Source of the DNA: an uncultured Actinomycetes bacterium
GTDB taxonomy: Bacteria; Actinomycetota; Thermoleophilia; Gaiellales; Gaiellaceae
Direction: 5' to 3'
DNA: 64,000 bases
Assembly (NCBI GenBank): GCA_963789585.1
Contig: CAWBLB010000005.1
Span: 27,973-91,972 of the forward strand
Shown here piece by piece: positions 62,951 through 64,000 of this stretch. Numbering within the stretch: the first letter of the stretch is position 1; each line of letters opens with the position of its first letter. A model generated the notes under the pieces. The model was not told the DNA's origin. It saw nothing but the letters and a program-made list of their open reading frames with translations, and ran no database searches. Both the position numbers and the translations under genes were made by a program.

Positions 62951-62960
62951 GGCGGGCGGC

Positions 62961-63689
62961 GTGCAGCTCCGGAGGCTCCATCACGTCACCTGCGTGTGCA
63001 GCGATGCGCAGCGGACGACCGACTTCTACCGGAACGAGCTCGGCTTCTCGCTCGTCAAGAAGACCGTCAATTTCGACGATCCGCACAGCTACCACCTCTA
63101 TTTCGGCGACGAGACCGGCTCCCCCGGCAGCCTGATCACGTTCTTCGAATGGCCCCGGGCCGAGCGTGGGCGGCCGGGGCGCGGGACGCTTGCGTCAATC
63201 GGTCTCGTGACCCCGGCGGCCGCGGGAGAGGAGCAGGTCGAGGATCCGGACGGGCTCCTGCTCCGCCTGTACAAGGGTGACGTTCCGGGGCTCCGTGACG
63301 TGGTTGCGCTCGGGAACCCTGACCTGTACCCGGGGATGTTCGACGAGGAGGCGCCGCTGTCGTTCGCCGAGCCGGTCGAGGAGACCGCGCTGATCGGAGC
63401 GGGCACGACACACCACGTCGCGTGGCGCACCGCGGACGACGCCGATCAACTCGCCTGGCTCGACCGTCTCGGCGAGCTCGGGTTGCGGCCGACGCCGCCC
63501 CAGGACCGCACCTACTTCCGCTCGATCTACTTCCGGATGCCGGACGGGAACCTGGTGGAGATCGCAACCGACGGGCCCGGCTTCCTCGTCGATGAGCCGT
63601 CGTCGCGGCTCGGTCACACCCTGGCCTTGCCGCGGTGGCTCGAGAGCGAACGCGCGACGCTGGAGCGCGAGCTCGCGCCGATCGTTTGA
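62961..63689 (+). CDS. VOC-family ring-cleaving dioxygenase-like protein (MhqO/YfiE-like)
   Basis: LHHVTCVCSDAQRTTDFYRNELGF...DDPHSYHLYFGD...THHVAWR...YFRSIYFRMPDGNLVEIATDGPGF. Confidence 0.8.
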   Translation: MQLRRLHHVTCVCSDAQRTTDFYRNELGFSLVKKTVNFDDPHSYHLYFGDETGSPGSLITFFEWPRAERGRPGRGTLASIGLVTPAAAGEEQVEDPDGLLLRLYKGDVPGLRDVVALGNPDLYPGMFDEEAPLSFAEPVEETALIGAGTTHHVAWRTADDADQLAWLDRLGELGLRPTPPQDRTYFRSIYFRMPDGNLVEIATDGPGFLVDEPSSRLGHTLALPRWLESERATLERELAPIV

Positions 63690-63739
63690 CCTCGCCGTGC
63701 CGCCGCGGCCCGGTGACGGGCTAGAATGCCCGCGTCCAC

Positions 63740-63823
<84 letters not shown>

Positions 63824-63921
63824 CTTCGACACGGGGGAGCAACGCGGGGGAGAGCCTCGGGTGCTCCCCCGCCCGCTCCTCGGCCCCGGCGTCCTTCGCT
63901 CCCTGGTCATAGACTCGAACG

Positions 63922-64000
63922 GTGAACGACGAGGGGCTGTTCGAGGGCGGGCTCGCGGAGCTGCACACCCATCTCGGTGGTTCGGTGGCGAGCGACATCA
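63922..64000 (+). CDS. amidohydrolase/adenosine-deaminase-like protein, N-terminal fragment (runs off window)
   Basis: GTG start gives VNDEGLFEGGLAELHTHLGGSVASDI. The HxHLxGS metal-binding start is typical of the adenosine deaminase superfamily. Confidence 0.5.
   Translation, partial: MNDEGLFEGGLAELHTHLGGSVASDI

Overview
This is a high-GC window, roughly 70% by eye, and most likely from Actinomycetota (Thermoleophilia/Rubrobacteria-like gene content). All calls come from reading the ORF translations and the DNA directly; no searches were run.

Core content, mostly on the minus strand:
- An almost complete de novo purine pathway split into four blocks: purH-purN-purM; purF-purL; purQ-purS-purC-purB; purE-purD, followed by purA.
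- The conserved rpsF-ssb-rpsR-rplI-dnaB block.
- A reverse-transsulfuration set: cystathionine beta-synthase and a cystathionine gamma-lyase-family enzyme.
- secG, a fused MoaD-MoaE, a methylmalonyl-CoA mutase catalytic subunit, and three tRNAs (Glu-TTC, Val-TAC, Leu-GAG).

Accessory content:
- A MazEF-type toxin-antitoxin pair next to tRNA-Glu.
- Nested IS110 and IS3 debris.
- Three copies of a roughly 165-bp MITE-like element with 23-bp terminal inverted repeats, inserted at CTAG sites.
- A GT4 plus two GH130 glycan cluster.
- A DDE-less IS1595-derived zinc-ribbon protein in an operon with an ACT-GAF protein and an ANTAR response regulator.
- A MacB-type ABC exporter.
- A large DUF11 surface protein.

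Best candidates for something undescribed:
1. 18143-21507: a MauE/DoxX-thioredoxin fusion, translationally coupled to a helical protein. A Tat-signal protein with 18 cysteines follows 4 nt downstream, then two further secreted proteins with four Cys each.
2. The MITE family.
3. Two tandem paralogous CxxC...CxxGH mini-proteins coupled to the 3' end of dnaB.
4. A dense DnaA-box cluster plus a perfect GAAC-N4-GTTC palindrome in the rplI-dnaB spacer.
5. A roughly 1-kb gene-free, hairpin-rich stretch upstream of tRNA-Val.

Many long ORFs in the six-frame track are antisense or out-of-frame artefacts of the high GC content and were not called.
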